A stretch of DNA of 64,000 nt, taken from positions 152,272,001-152,336,000 of the forward strand of contig OZ024740.1 in assembly GCA_964016885.1 (NCBI GenBank). The letters are read 5' to 3'. Made by a program: the position numbers and the translations under genes. Under the pieces are notes generated by a model. That model was not told the origin of the DNA. It made no database searches and was given only the letters and a program-made list of their open reading frames with translations. This DNA comes from Eledone cirrhosa (Eukaryota). Positions 26,685 through 42,019 of this stretch are shown here, in pieces (within the stretch, counting starts at the first letter, position 1; every line of letters starts with the position of its first letter).

Positions 26685-26891
26685 GTTACCACTTGATATA
26701 GACGTGAATTACTTCGCTCCGGATTTTTACGGATTATTGTCAAAAAAACTGAGTTCATTGCTCAATTTAATAGCATTGCTTAATTTAACCCCTTGCCTGG
26801 GCCTTCAGACGTTGAGTCAACTAATTTTCGCCCCTTTCTGGGGCGAAATTTTCATTTTCATCTCAAAACTGTGTAGACTTGGTAGTCAGTA

Positions 26892-28685
26892 ATGGATGCC
26901 ATTTCAACCTCGCACACTGTCGTGAGTGCCACGTCCACTAAGAAAAGTGGTGGAGGGAAGGTAGGAGTACAAAGCTTGCAGCCTTCCCCCATCGCATTAT
27001 CGAAAAACGTTGAAAATATTTAAACCAGGAAACCAAACCCGGTAAATAATACCAGCACCAACAACAAGAACAATGACAATAACACCGCAACCAACAACTG
27101 CAACAATAGCAACACCAAGGAAAACATGAACAATATTACCAACAGTGACAACAACAACAGCAAAACAACGTTCGCACAGACTGTAAAAAAAAACGAACTA
27201 TACACGCCAATTGACATAACAAATGCTAAACAACTACTACAAGACGCAAAACAATTGGTGACTTTTGGCGAAAACGGTGCTTTTAGCATCAATTCTCCAC
27301 AGGAATTACGTAGAGAGGCTGTCTTGAAAACTGTGGTTTTCAGGACAATATCGAACGAAACAAGAAAACCAGCTCAATTATCACAAAATGAGATTGAGTT
27401 GGTTCTAAAAGATGCAATGAAGGACATAACCTTCATACAAAAAGGAAAACTGTTTGGTAGCATTTCGGTGCTAATGAATAACCAGTCAACAGCACAAAAA
27501 TACTCGGAATCACCCATTGTGTCCTCCCGCTTCACCTTTTTCCCCACATACAGGGGAAAAAGGAGACAAAGAATAAAAATGATGAGTATCACACCAAATG
27601 TAAATATTTGGTGGATACTATGTGGAATCATTGACTTTGATGAAGACAGGATAATTTCAATAGGAAAGTCCTCCGGAGGTGTATTTGGTGGGACCAGCGT
27701 AGAAGTTCTGGTGCAAATGAGCCCAGAACGAATAGCGAATATCCCACAACGCGTGCCTCTGGACGGGCTAACTTATATAAACATTTCAGTGGAGGGAAGG
27801 CGGCCGTCATGTTACCACTGCTTAAGCAGGGGTCACCTGAGGGCTGCCTGTCCTCAATTAACGAGTAAAAAAAAAAAGGCTCTTCTGCCAACTCCGAACA
27901 CAACAACACAACCACCACCACCACCACCACAACAACAACAACAACAACAACAACCACAACAACACGGAAAAATAACAACACAAAATACTGTTCCACCCAA
28001 CCCCTCCCCACCTAAAACAAATACAAAAGCTACCACAACAAAACCCCAAAATATACCCCTCCCCAACAACACGGAAGAGGACTCCGTATCAACGTCACCC
28101 AGTGACGACGAGGGAGAACCCTTTAAACAAGTGGAAAAAAAAAGGCACCACATTAACAAAAATGCTACAAACACACAACCACCAGCACAAACAGAACAAA
28201 CATCACAAATAAAAAAGCCCACCCCTCCCAAAAACATAACACATACTACAAAACGCAAACACGCACAAGAACAACAAACAAAAACAAACACAACACAGCA
28301 AAAACTCTATACATACATTAACAAGAACAATAAAACTTTGATGAAAGGAATAGAAAATAACCCTTCGGTGGAAACCGAAGGGATCACTTTCACCTACGCA
28401 GCGAACAAATCGCACCTAATGATGATTAGGGTCCCAACGGAAACCTATGTAACTTTGAAAAGAACCATCCAATGCATGTGGGTACCACCTGCACCAAAAC
28501 CACTTAACAGCGTCCTATTGAGATGTTTCCCCACCCCCACACCAGACACCCACACCCCACCAAACACCCTAATCCCACCACACACTGATGTCCTCACCCC
28601 ACTACAAACCACCACCCCACCAAACAACCCTTCCAACACCCCCATGGAAATTGTGCAGCCTGGTCCCCAGGAGACGAAGAGGTAA
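26892..28685 (+). pseudogene. Tx1 ORF1 (gag-like, CCHC zinc knuckle); in-frame TAA at 27021, then a 519-aa ORF from 27126
   Basis: CYHCLSRGHLRAAC knuckle; ATG 26892 is in frame with 27126. Confidence 0.85.
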
Positions 28686-28726
28686 GTAATTTCCTTTCCT
28701 CTTCCTTTTAACTCTTCAGCACCAAC

Positions 28727-31700
28727 ATGGCCAATATAAGAGTTGGATGTGTGAATTCACGCGGCCTGGGGATGTCCTGGAAACAGGGCAAACTCTTAAA
28801 TGACCTCAGGTCGCACAGAGTGGATGTAATGGTTATTTGCGAGTCCAGGATCAGCAGCGAGCGCCAACTGGCCCCCATCTTCGACGACTTTGAGATCGAC
28901 GCATCTCTCTGTCAGCCGAGGGGTGGGGGTGGGGTTGTCGTTCTGCTGCGAAAATACCTGGGTCTTGCCACACAGAAGGTACACCTGGACCCGGAGGGTC
29001 GACTGGTGGTTTTAGACGTCGGCAGTAGTGAAGGTGGAGCTTTCAGGCTGGTGGCAGCGTATGCCCCATCTGGGACACCGCGACCGGACTTCTTCCGACG
29101 CCTGGAGAATTTCCTGGGAACGTCTCGCTCCTTGCTTTTAGTGGGGGACTGGAATGGTATCCTGGATGCACGTTGGGACTATGTAGGGGCATGTCCCGAT
29201 AGAGGGGGGTGTAACAGCCTCAAACGATTAATCGGCCGATTTGATCTAGCCAATAGATATCGACTAGATTTTCCGACTGTGCCACTGTGGACGTGGACTT
29301 ATCGCACCTGAACATCTAGGTCGTACCTAGATAGGTTCCTAGTTAGAAATAAGGATAGGGACATATTAAGCTGTCCACGAATGTTCATGGTTGACTATTC
29401 GGATCACAAGTTGGTGACCGGAGTGGTCAACCTTGATAGAACTCATAGACAGGGACCCGGTTACTGGAAGCTAAACTTGTCTTTACCGACAAACAAAGCT
29501 TACAGTAAGCGGATTAGCACACTAGTTAAGCAGCGGTTGACGGGGGCAATTGTCAACAGCAGGTGGTGGGGCTCTCTCAAGAGAGAAATTAGAATAGAAT
29601 CGATAGGTTTTAGTCAGGAATTAGCATCAGATAGGAATAGAACTGAAAGGGAATTAATAGATAGAGTAGAAGAAGCGATTAGGAGTGACAACGTGGCCGG
29701 CGTGCTGGCGTCAAGAACGGCCCTAGACCAGTTCTTTGATGCGAAGCACGAGGGCTGCGTTGTCAGGAGTAAAATACGTGCTCTGGATAACGAGGGAGCC
29801 AAAGCTGTTAGCTGGGCCCGAGTGACAGAGGCAAAAAGTGGAAACAAGTCCACGATTCGGTCTTTGAAGGACCAGGATGGACGCGTGATCCTTGAACCTG
29901 AGCGGATGAGCGCGGCCTTTCAACGGCGCTTTGCACGACTGTTCGGGAGGGGCGGCGGGCCGGGTGGAGCCATGGATTTCGGTCCATACCTCGACGGTCT
30001 GGCGCGGCTCTCGGACGGGGAGGCGAAGTCCTGCGAGAGGCCGATTTCAGCCGCTGAAATAGGGGAAGCGCTGAGCCAATGTGGCAAACGCAAATCTCCG
30101 GGTCTCGATGGTCTACCATACGAACTTTATGTAGCGATGCCGGGCTTGTTCCCCGGTCTCCTCGAGGCGGTCTACTGCAACTGGCAACAGAACGGGAGAA
30201 TTCCCAGTTCTGTGACCAAGGACGTATTCACGCTGGTGAGGAAGGACGAGAACAAGGGGGATGACATAGATAACTTCAGGCCCATAACTCTGCTAAACAC
30301 AGAGTTAAAGATTTTGGCCAAGGTGTTAGCGAAGAGGTTGGCGCTTGTCGTCGGGAACCTGGTGGGAGAAGCGCAGACATGCGCAATCCCGTCCAGGTCC
30401 ATACACGACAACCTCCACCTCATGCGATACATCGTAGAGAGGGTAGGGAACGAACCCAGCTTTGGTGGGGCCCTGATCAACTTGGATCAATCTAAGGCGT
30501 TCGATAGGGTTGACCATCGGTACCTGGATGCGGTGCTCGCGGCGGCAGGCTTCGGACCCGTTTTCAGGGGCTGGATTGCTGCAATACACAGCAGCAACAC
30601 CTGCTCGAGGGTCAAGGTGAACGGCTACCTCTCGGAGCCGTTCCAAATCACGCGATGCATCCGATAGGGATGCCCTCTCTCCTCCCTCCTGTATGTGCGG
30701 GCTCTCGAGCCACTACTGCGGAAGCTGGAGCTGTTGCAGGGCATCCCCTTGGAACCGGGATTGCGGAAAGCGGTGTCGGCCTACGCCGATGACGTGACAG
30801 TAATGGTGTCGTGCGCTTCGGAAATCGGGCAGATCGGCACCTTACTGGAGGAATATGAAAGGTTCACAGGAGCCAAGCCGAACTGGGACAAGTCCGTCGG
30901 TTTGCAACTCGGGACGTGGAGGGGCAAACCGATGCCCTCCGACGGCATCGTCGGACGCTGGACGGAGGCACCGGTGAAGCTGCTCGGGGTCTGGTTCGGA
31001 CCAGACCTCCAGGTGGAGAAAAACTGGGACGAGGTAACGGGCAAGGTGTTTGCACTTGCCCAGAAGTGAGCCGAGTGCAAACTATCCCTGAAAGGTCGAG
31101 CGGAGGTGGAGAACGCTTATATAGCGTCCGTCATCTACTACCGCTTGACCGTCGTGCCTTGCCCAGAGAAAACACTCACCAAAATGGAGCGCGCGCTCTT
31201 CCGATTTCTTTGGAAGAAGCGGGGTCCTTTGGTGAGAAGATCCATCTGCTGTCAACACACTTCGAACGGAGGGCTGGGGTTGCCGTGGCTGACGATGCGT
31301 AGACACGCATTAAGGCTACGGCACCTCCAGGTATTCCTCACCGGTCAGCCGGTGTGGGCGAGCCTTTCCGAGACTCGTCTCACTCACCGAGCTGCAATCC
31401 TGGGTCAAGCAAAGACCGAGAAAAGGGGGCGACTGGCACCTTGAATGTGCCCAGGCGCTCACGACCCTCTGGCAAGCGGATCCGGCAATCAGTGGAGACT
31501 CAACCTCAACATTCTATAGAGGGTTGGTGCGCAGTAAAACGACGACGCTCTCGGAGAGGCTCTGGGCATGGAGGAATATGAGCTGGCCAGTCTGTTCGGT
31601 AGGACGTTTGGCCCGGGACCGATGGACAACTTCCAAAAGTTCCTGGCTTGGCAATGTTACCGAGGAGCTCTACCCTTTCGGGACAAGCTCTACAGACACG

Positions 31701-32148
31701 GGCGCCCGCGTAGGAACCCTCGAAGAAGATCTGTCCGAGATGCGTGCGTGACGAGGAAACCGTCGCACACGCATTCGTACACTGCCCGAGCGTTGCTGAC
31801 CTGTGGGGCTATGTGGAACGACTACTGTCGCGGGTGGGACCAATCCGGTTGACCACCGAGAACATTGTCACGATCAAACCGCCTCCCCCTTTCAAAAACG
31901 AAGGAGAGGCGGTTTTCCTCTGTGTGATAGCTATGGCGAAAGAAGTTGTATGGTGGACAAGGTTGAAAGGGCTGAGGTCAGACACCTTTCTCTCCGGCCA
32001 ACAACTGGTCTTTTTTTTCAAGTACCACTTTAGAAGAAGGATCAGAATGGAGAGAGAGTTGTTCTACCCCAGCAAGTTTTATGAAAGGTGGGTGAAAGTA
32101 GCGAGAATGGCCCGAGTGAATGGGCCTTCTCTCTATATCAGCCTGTAG
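28727..32148 (+). pseudogene. Tx1 ORF2 (AP endonuclease, reverse transcriptase, C-terminal Zn finger) with stops at 29309, 30665, 31067 and 3' frameshifts
   Basis: NSRG, ICES, YAP, GDWN, YLDR, SDH; KSPGLDG, FRPITLLN, LDQSKAFDRV, R*GCPLS, YADD; ETVAHAFVHCP. Confidence 0.92.
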
Positions 32149-32729
32149 GTGAGAGAGGAGAAGAATGAGAAGAGGAAGAAAGCACCCGCTGTTTGTGCTC
32201 CTGAAGAGGAGGGTTGCACATTTTTCGGGGGTGTGTGCGACCCATGTCAACGCCCCTCCTTATTGAGGACATCGATTGTTAAATTTAATTTGTTATATGT
32301 TTTTTACACGTCTTTTTAAATGTATGTAAACTCCCCCCTTTGTATTTGTCCCAATCTTTGATGCCCTGGTGGCAAATAAATAGAAATTTATATCAATTAG
32401 CACCAAACTCTCCCCTTCTCTATATCTATATCTCTCTCTCTCCTATCTGTCTCTACATAACATGTACATAAAGTGTGGCGCATATACAAATAGATGTGTG
32501 TTTTTGTAGTTGGGGAAAAAACATTTTTTTTTTTTAGGAGTGTGTGGGGCATATACCAAATGCTAATAAAAGATATTGACAATAGTTTTTAAATAAATTT
32601 GAAAAAAAGCAAGAATTTTGAGGGATTTATTTATATAACTAACGTTCTCAGTATTATATTGGTGCATGGAACATAATTTCACTAAGTTTCTTACATAGAA
32701 TTATGATGGAATTTGTACTCTCTTTTCAC

Positions 32730-33115
32730 TCACTTATTCCTGAGAGGTTCGTGGGGACAGAGTCCTCAAACAATCTTTCTAGTGGGTTCTATAAAAAAAA
32801 CAACCGTCTCCAGCTGATCCGGCTGGATCCCCAAGCGAGACAAACCAAGTTCATTTCATGGATGTTATCCAACCATCTTGCTCGGGGCCTACCCTTGAGT
32901 CTCCTATCGGTTGGTTTTGCCCGTAAAATCTGTCCAGCGATTCTTTCTTGAGACATTGTAACCACGTGCCCATAGTATGTGAACTGTGATCTCCAAATTC
33001 GGAGAAGTAACGTCTCTACCTGAAGTGGCTCTCTGATGCCCACGCTACGCAGGCTATCGAATAACGTTTCTCAAAAGACCTTTCGGAGGTACCCCATTTC
33101 GGCCGCTTGTATTGG
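32730..33115 (-). mobile_element. RTE-clade LINE 3' end
   Basis: LLRIWRSQFTYYGHVVTMSQERIAGQIL..RRLKGRPRARWLDNI. Confidence 0.75.
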
Positions 33116-34690
33116 AATTTTTTTTTTTCTTTTTAGATAAATATTGATATTTTAAAATAAACAGGTTTGCATATTAGAACCATGAGCGCTTTTAAGCGCG
33201 TTGCTATAAAACATTTTGATATAGATTTTTAAAATAAAATAGATTTCGTTTTTTATATAAATTGTTTTTATATAAATAAATATGAATAAAACTGTTTGTC
33301 ACTTTTTACGAAGACAATGTTTAGCTATATTGGCCACAAACAGGAGTGAGATATGTGTTTTTAGGATCTACATGGTGTCTTTATAATGCAGATTATGTTG
33401 TTTTTGTTCTTGATTCTATATCTACATCTGTCGAGGGCAGTGTTTACCTCCAGGAAGATTTGCAATATTAAATGGTTTTGAAAATTGTGTCTACATCGGC
33501 CCGACTTGATGCGGTGCAGTGGATAGGACCAGTGCGCTAGGCATCGTTCTCCAAAATAAAATACTTTCAATTTACAGTTTGGTAAGCTAACACAATTAGA
33601 TTATGATATGTTTTGCTCTGACCATACTAAGACAATTACTAAATCTGCATATTCTACTTATATAGATCACACGCTAAATTATGTTACAGGTTATAAGAAC
33701 ATACGACCTTCTTCACCGTTTTGTATAATTCCACAACACTGCAACGCAGCAAAGTTCTTTTATGATTTATTTATTGTCCGACCAAAATTCTTTTTTATTT
33801 AATTTTATAATTCAGATTTGTATAAAATTATAATCTTTAAGGTTCGGTAACACATTTCTCTGTGTTCTGTGCCCAAGATAGCTACATAGTTGGCGTAAAG
33901 GTAACCTCAGTCCTGGCTGTGGGTTATGTATTGCCTAATTTTGTTTCGTGGGTTTCCTCCAGATTTTAACAGTTATGAATAAAGTATTTGTGGTTGTATG
34001 CATAGTTGTAGGTGTCACGTTCTTGGCGTAGAATATCTGTTTTCAGGGGTCCTGTAGTCAAAGGAGAATAATATATACCCATGCTCAGAGATTCTTTTTG
34101 ATAAATAAATCAACTGCTATAAATAGCATATTTGTGTTTATATGTATAGATGTGTGTGTGGGTGAGTGTTTGTGTGTTTGTATAAGACAGATCGCGGTTA
34201 TAGAATGTATGTGTGAGAGGCGAGGAATGTAGAGAGAATAAAGAATATAAAGTGTATGTATCGGATAAAAGCGAGAATATAGGTGAAAAGAGAGAGGTGG
34301 GGAGATAGAGATAGGGGTAGACATATAGTGTGAGAAACTGAGCGACCATTAGATATAACTATAGCTACATAGATCTCCGTTTCGGTCTCAGTGCATGGAA
34401 TTTTGAGTTAGAGTCCTTCCCTATTGACTTGGTCGATCCAAGCCTTGTAAATGAAATTGGGTAGACGGAAATTCTATGTAAGACCGTAGGATGGACTGTA
34501 CCTGTAATTCAATTTGTAGCTTTGTTACACTGTGCCACGTTAACTCCACTTGAGGCATACGTTAAGGGTACACGTGTCAGTGGAATTCTCAGCCATATGG
34601 TACACCAATGTAACAGATTGAACCATTGAATGCGCAGACGTCGTTCTCTACGGAAGAATCCGTCAGAAACACAGATAAAATGGGAATATA

Positions 34691-34912
34691 CAGTGTGGGT
34701 CAGAATTAATGATTCGCTTGTTAGTTATATTTCTTAATATGCTTATTTTATTGTAATTGTATTGTTTTAATTTATTATTTTATTTCTTAATATGCTTAGC
34801 AGGTTTCTTAATTTATATTTTTATTTCTTAATATGCCTCAGGATTTTATTTATTTTTTCTAAATTTGATTTTTCTAAATAATCAAGTGAGTCAGGAATTC
34901 TGGCCCACCCTG
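34691..34912. mobile_element. Tc1/mariner-type MITE
   Basis: TIRs CAGTGTGGGTCAGAATT / AATTCTGGCCCACCCTG, with TA at the left end. Confidence 0.6.
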
Positions 34913-35321
34913 CAGAATACGTGGTAGTATTAAAGGGCAGTAAAAAGAACAGAAAAAATTGAAAGAGGGTTAGAGGATGTGTGTGTGTGCGTTTGCAAGA
35001 TGAATGAAGATTTAGGCGTATTTATGTGAGAGGCGAGGAAAGTGAAAAAGAAATAGCTTGATAGACAGATGGAAAATAGACTGTGTAAGATAGAAGGGCA
35101 ATATAAAACAGAGAAACTATGTGTGCGTATGAGAGAGTGTGAACGAATTTTTATGAGAACGTGTGTGTGTGTGTGTGCGTGCGTAATATATTAATGGACG
35201 TAACACAGAACTATTACTTATATAGTACAGAGGGAGGCAGACAGAAAGAAAGACAGACTGGGAAACTTTTATATCCTTGCGAGAAGAAAGAGTGCAGGGA
35301 ACATGACCATCTGCAAATATG

Positions 35322-35363
<42 letters not shown>

Positions 35364-35414
35364 TAAATAAAATAACAGGAGGCTGGACTGGTGTAAATCC
35401 TTGAAGAGTTTATT

Positions 35415-35472
35415 ATACTATGATTATTTCAATGACCGGGTTCCGTATGAATCCGGTGATATCATCAGGTAT
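35415..35472 (-). ncRNA. Hammerhead ribozyme motif with extended stem II
   Basis: Reverse complement ATAC-CTGATGA-TATCACCGGATTCATACGGAACCCGGTCATT-GAAATAATCATA-GTAT; element 35360-35640 is flanked by (TA)n on both sides. Confidence 0.55.
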
Positions 35473-35639
35473 TCGAAATATAACAAAGGAATATAGAAAA
35501 TCCATGGGTCCGAAAATCAGAGACAGACAAACGAAGACGGGTGAACTGCACTACGTTGAGTACTCTCCATAATATTACATCAAGATTGACCATACGGAAT
35601 GACCAATTCTATCCAGTGGTGAACCAACAAACCTAAATA

Positions 35640-35692
<53 letters not shown>

Positions 35693-35727
35693 CATACATA
35701 CATATACACATACATACATACATACAT

Positions 35728-36120
35728 ACATGATTATTGGGGCACTGGGATATGTTAGTAACTGCCTCAATACAAATCTTGAGAAGCTAGGCTTCACAGG
35801 AACAGAAAGAACACAAATAGTTAGGAAATTACAAGTACAATCCATTAATGGAACAGTAAAAATATGTAAAACATTCCAAAGATGTTGCATCTAATAACTG
35901 CATATACACATGTACAGATACAAAGCATATACACATGCACACATACAACTCAAAACATCCACATCCACACATACAATAACATCCATATCTACACATGCAT
36001 GCATACATACATATCTACCTAGTTGATGTTGTGTAAATTCCAATGAGAGAGTCTTGTGTCTATGTTAGAAACCGACTCTCTCTCTATTGGTAAAACTTTG
36101 TGAAATTATAAAACCAGAAC
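35728..36120 (+). mobile_element. R4/Dong-like LINE extreme 3' end within (CATA)n
   Basis: IIGALGYVSNCLNTNLEKLGF..IVRKLQVQSINGTVKICKTF; (CATA)n on both sides. Confidence 0.55.
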
Positions 36121-37656
36121 ATACATACATACATACATACATACATACATACATACATACATACATACATACATACATAGGAGAGGGGAGATAACCAAGA
36201 GATAGCCAAAAAGGAACACACAAAAAACTACTCCCATACGCACACAAAATGTAAAGAGAAAGAAAGGACAAAAATGATAAAATGGAAGTAGAGCCGAATC
36301 TGATAGTAAAATAAGATAAGGCGTCAACAGAATTAATAGACACACACAAAGCTTAGAGGCGACATTCAGAAGGTATCCTTATGGGTCAAGAACTGACATG
36401 TAGCTTCACGACAAACATATTTACATGTACCCAGAATGGTTGTTGACCTCAAATTTATCTACAGCTACGTTGAATAAATAATATCCCCATTGAATAGCAA
36501 CGTCGAAGAGTCCCCCTATATCACATTACATCTTGTTTATAGGAAAATGCGAAACGTTATTTATCTCTCATGAAATCTCGAACAATCATCGCAATTTTGT
36601 TTCATCCATATCCTTTCCGCTATCGCCATCATAACATATACATACTATGCGAATTGGACCTCCGTCGGTTAGGAGAATGATTACTGCAGTTGTTTGAACG
36701 GAACAGTCACTGTTTTTTCATTTCATTGTAGAATATGCCCGTTTGAATTATTATAGCTATTACTAGTTAACGTCAATCACTTGTACCATGTCTCTATGCT
36801 GTTGTTTTTTTCTCATATGCATCTTTCCGGTGGCTTGTTCTAAGACATCGTGTAACCTGGCTTCAGTATCATGCAATACCAACCTTATGAACGAAATTAC
36901 ATAAAAGGAAGATGAATGATTTTGTTGATTTGCCCCATGTGAGCAATTTTGCTTTCTCTTTCTCTCTTTGCTTTATATATATATATATATGAAAGAGTCA
37001 GGACACCCAGCCTGAGCTCTTGCCGTCTCAACTGCTAGTTCCAGACTGTATGCTAAAGGAATTGGCGGTCCCGCCTCTTTCATATAAGTATACTCTACTA
37101 CCCCAAGCTTCGAGTACTCTGTGAGTAATGGTCTAACCAGTTTCTAACCGGATTCATCCTGATATATATTTAATTATGTCTCATATATAATAATACAATT
37201 GGCTATCCGCAAAATACGTATAGTTAGCACCCCAAACGTATAATTGGGATTATACTAAGGTATATCGTAATGTTTGTTGAGTGAGACGGAAGCCGCTTAA
37301 AGCTTTCTCTGTTAATGTATTAAATATATATATATATATATATACAGTTGTCGTGGGGGTTACGTTTCTAGAGCAGCTGCGAAGAGTGAAAAGCCGCTAA
37401 TATTGGACGTTGCTCATAAAAATGGCTATACACGTCAAAATATACGTAAAATATAGGCCGGCAAATATGGTATATTGTTATTAAAAATTTATCGTTAAAA
37501 ACCGTGAAAAAATATATATTGCCACGAAAAAGCCATTAAAAATCGCGGAAGATATCTACAATTCCGTCAAGATGCGGTGATTTCCACAAACAATTATTAG
37601 TTAGGTTCTAAGCAAAATTCTGCGAATAACCGGGACCACGAATGCCGGTATATCTA

Positions 37657-37704
<48 letters not shown>

Positions 37705-37970
37705 ATATATATACATATTGTTAGCTTTCTTTGTAGGGTCACGCTCTAGGTATGTCAATATCTTAACAACAAATATTGTATTTTATCTGAAGAAAGCATA
37801 CTATAATCTGGTATCCTTGAAATATGTATAATGAAATAAATATGTTGTTATAAAGATAGTTTCCATTTATTAATATTTTTAATATTTATATTATAATACT
37901 CCAGATTAATGTTACTGTAGAGTACTTCATATCTGTTATACATTTAACTTTGCAAAGCATATAACTCATC

Positions 37971-38042
<72 letters not shown>

Positions 38043-38075
38043 TATATATATAATATATATATATATATAATATAT

Positions 38076-38151
<76 letters not shown>

Positions 38152-38168
38152 TATAATATATATATAAT

Positions 38169-38217
<49 letters not shown>

Positions 38218-38247
38218 TATATAATATATATATAATATATATATAAT

Positions 38248-38296
<49 letters not shown>

Positions 38297-38317
38297 TATA
38301 TAATATATATATATAAT

Positions 38318-38351
<34 letters not shown>

Positions 38352-38506
38352 ATATATATATATATATAATATATATATATTTATAATATATATATATATA
38401 ATATATATATATATATAATATATATATATATATATAATATATATATATATAATATATATATATATATATAATATATATATATATATATAATATATATATA
38501 ATATAT

Positions 38507-38538
<32 letters not shown>

Positions 38539-38542
38539 ATAT

Positions 38543-38576
<34 letters not shown>

Positions 38577-38600
38577 ATATATATATAATATATATATATA

Positions 38601-38684
<84 letters not shown>

Positions 38685-38707
38685 TATATATAATATATAT
38701 AATATAT

Positions 38708-38739
<32 letters not shown>

Positions 38740-38768
38740 ATATATATATGTATATATATATATAATAT

Positions 38769-38837
<69 letters not shown>

Positions 38838-38865
38838 ATATATATATATATATATAATATATATT

Positions 38866-38898
<33 letters not shown>

Positions 38899-38957
38899 AT
38901 ATATATATATATATATAATATATATATATATATATAATATATATATATATATATAAT

Positions 38958-39045
<88 letters not shown>

Positions 39046-39051
39046 TAATAT

Positions 39052-39085
<34 letters not shown>

Positions 39086-39236
39086 ATATATATAATATAT
39101 ATATATATAATATATATATATATATATAATATATACATATATATAATATATATATATAATATATATAATATATATATATAATATATATATATATAATATA
39201 TATATAGTATATATATATATAATATATATATAATAT

Positions 39237-39279
<43 letters not shown>

Positions 39280-39330
39280 TATATATAATATATATATAGT
39301 ATATATATATATATAATATATATATAATAT

Positions 39331-39366
<36 letters not shown>

Positions 39367-39372
39367 ATGTAT

Positions 39373-39591
<219 letters not shown>

Positions 39592-39681
39592 TATATATAA
39601 TATAATATATATATATATATATATAATATATATATATATAATATATATATATATAATATATATAATATATATATATATAAT

Positions 39682-39785
<104 letters not shown>

Positions 39786-39994
39786 NNNNNNNNNNNNNNN
39801 NNNNNNNNNNNNNNNNNNNNNNNNNNNNNNNNNNNNNNNNNNNNNNNNNNNNNNNNNNNNNNNNNNNNNNNNNNNNNNNNNNNNNNNNNNNNNNNNNNNN
39901 NNNNNNNNNNNNNNNNNNNNNNNNNNNNNNNNNNNNNNNNNNNNNNNNNNNNNNNNNNNNNNNNNNNNNNNNNNNNNNNNNNNNNTAAGTATGC

Positions 39995-40171
<177 letters not shown>

Positions 40172-40176
40172 CATAC

Positions 40177-40327
<151 letters not shown>

Positions 40328-40328
40328 C

Positions 40329-40453
<125 letters not shown>

Positions 40454-40454
40454 C

Positions 40455-40572
<118 letters not shown>

Positions 40573-40612
40573 ATACATATACATATATACATATACATAT
40601 ATATATATATAG

Positions 40613-40693
<81 letters not shown>

Positions 40694-40708
40694 CATATAT
40701 ATATATAC

Positions 40709-40792
<84 letters not shown>

Positions 40793-40818
40793 ATTATATA
40801 TATATATATATATATATA

Positions 40819-41009
40819 GGAACCAGTAAGACCCCGACAGCTGAGCTCAAGCCGTTTCGACGGCTAATTCTGGACTCGAATTAGCCGTCGAAACGGCTTG
40901 AGCTCAGCTGTCGGGGTCTTACTGGTTCCTATTACCCACTCTACTACCCCAAGTATTGAGTACTTTGGTGCGTTATGGTCCACCTGGTTCCTTACCACAT
41001 TTCCTTCGT

Positions 41010-41010
<1 letters not shown>
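40819..41010 (+). mobile_element. Fold-back mini-element carrying the 3' half of a hammerhead; copy at 48037-48229, shorter versions at 42164-42293 and 49379-49508
   Basis: Palindrome GGAACCAGTAAGACCCCGACAGCTGAGCTCAAGCCGTTTCGACGGCTAATTC-TGGACTC-GAATTAGCCGTCGAAACGGCTTGAGCTCAGCTGTCGGGGTCTTACTGGTTCC, then a shared tail ending in (TA)n. Confidence 0.8.
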
Positions 41011-41069
<59 letters not shown>

Positions 41070-41140
41070 CATATATATATATACATATATATATACATAC
41101 ATATATATATACATATATATATATATATTTATATATATAC

Positions 41141-41303
<163 letters not shown>

Positions 41304-41304
41304 C

Positions 41305-41387
<83 letters not shown>

Positions 41388-41388
41388 C

Positions 41389-41429
<41 letters not shown>

Positions 41430-41434
41430 TATAC

Positions 41435-41487
<53 letters not shown>

Positions 41488-41488
41488 C

Positions 41489-41539
<51 letters not shown>

Positions 41540-41572
41540 CATATATATACATATATATATACATATATATAC

Positions 41573-41679
<107 letters not shown>

Positions 41680-41851
41680 TATACATATATATACATATAT
41701 ATATATACATATTTATATACATATATATATATACATATTTATATACATATATATATATATATACATATATATATACATATATATATATACATATATATAT
41801 ATACATATATATATATACATATATATATATACATATATATATTTATACATA

Positions 41852-41947
<96 letters not shown>

Positions 41948-41986
41948 CATATATATATACATATATATATATACATATATATATAC

Positions 41987-42019
<33 letters not shown>

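Larger units (their letters stand above)
26685..32388 (+). mobile_element. Full-length Tx1/L1-clade non-LTR retrotransposon
   Basis: 5' UTR, ORF1, ORF2 (APE-RT-Zn finger), 3' UTR with AATAAA; candidate TSD TATATCA at 26678-26684 and 32389-32395. Confidence 0.9.

Noticed and set aside
36788-36904. Short ORF with a signal-peptide-like start (MSLCCCFFLICIFPVACS)
   Set aside because: It is only 38 aa, has no good donor site, and has no link to the downstream exons.
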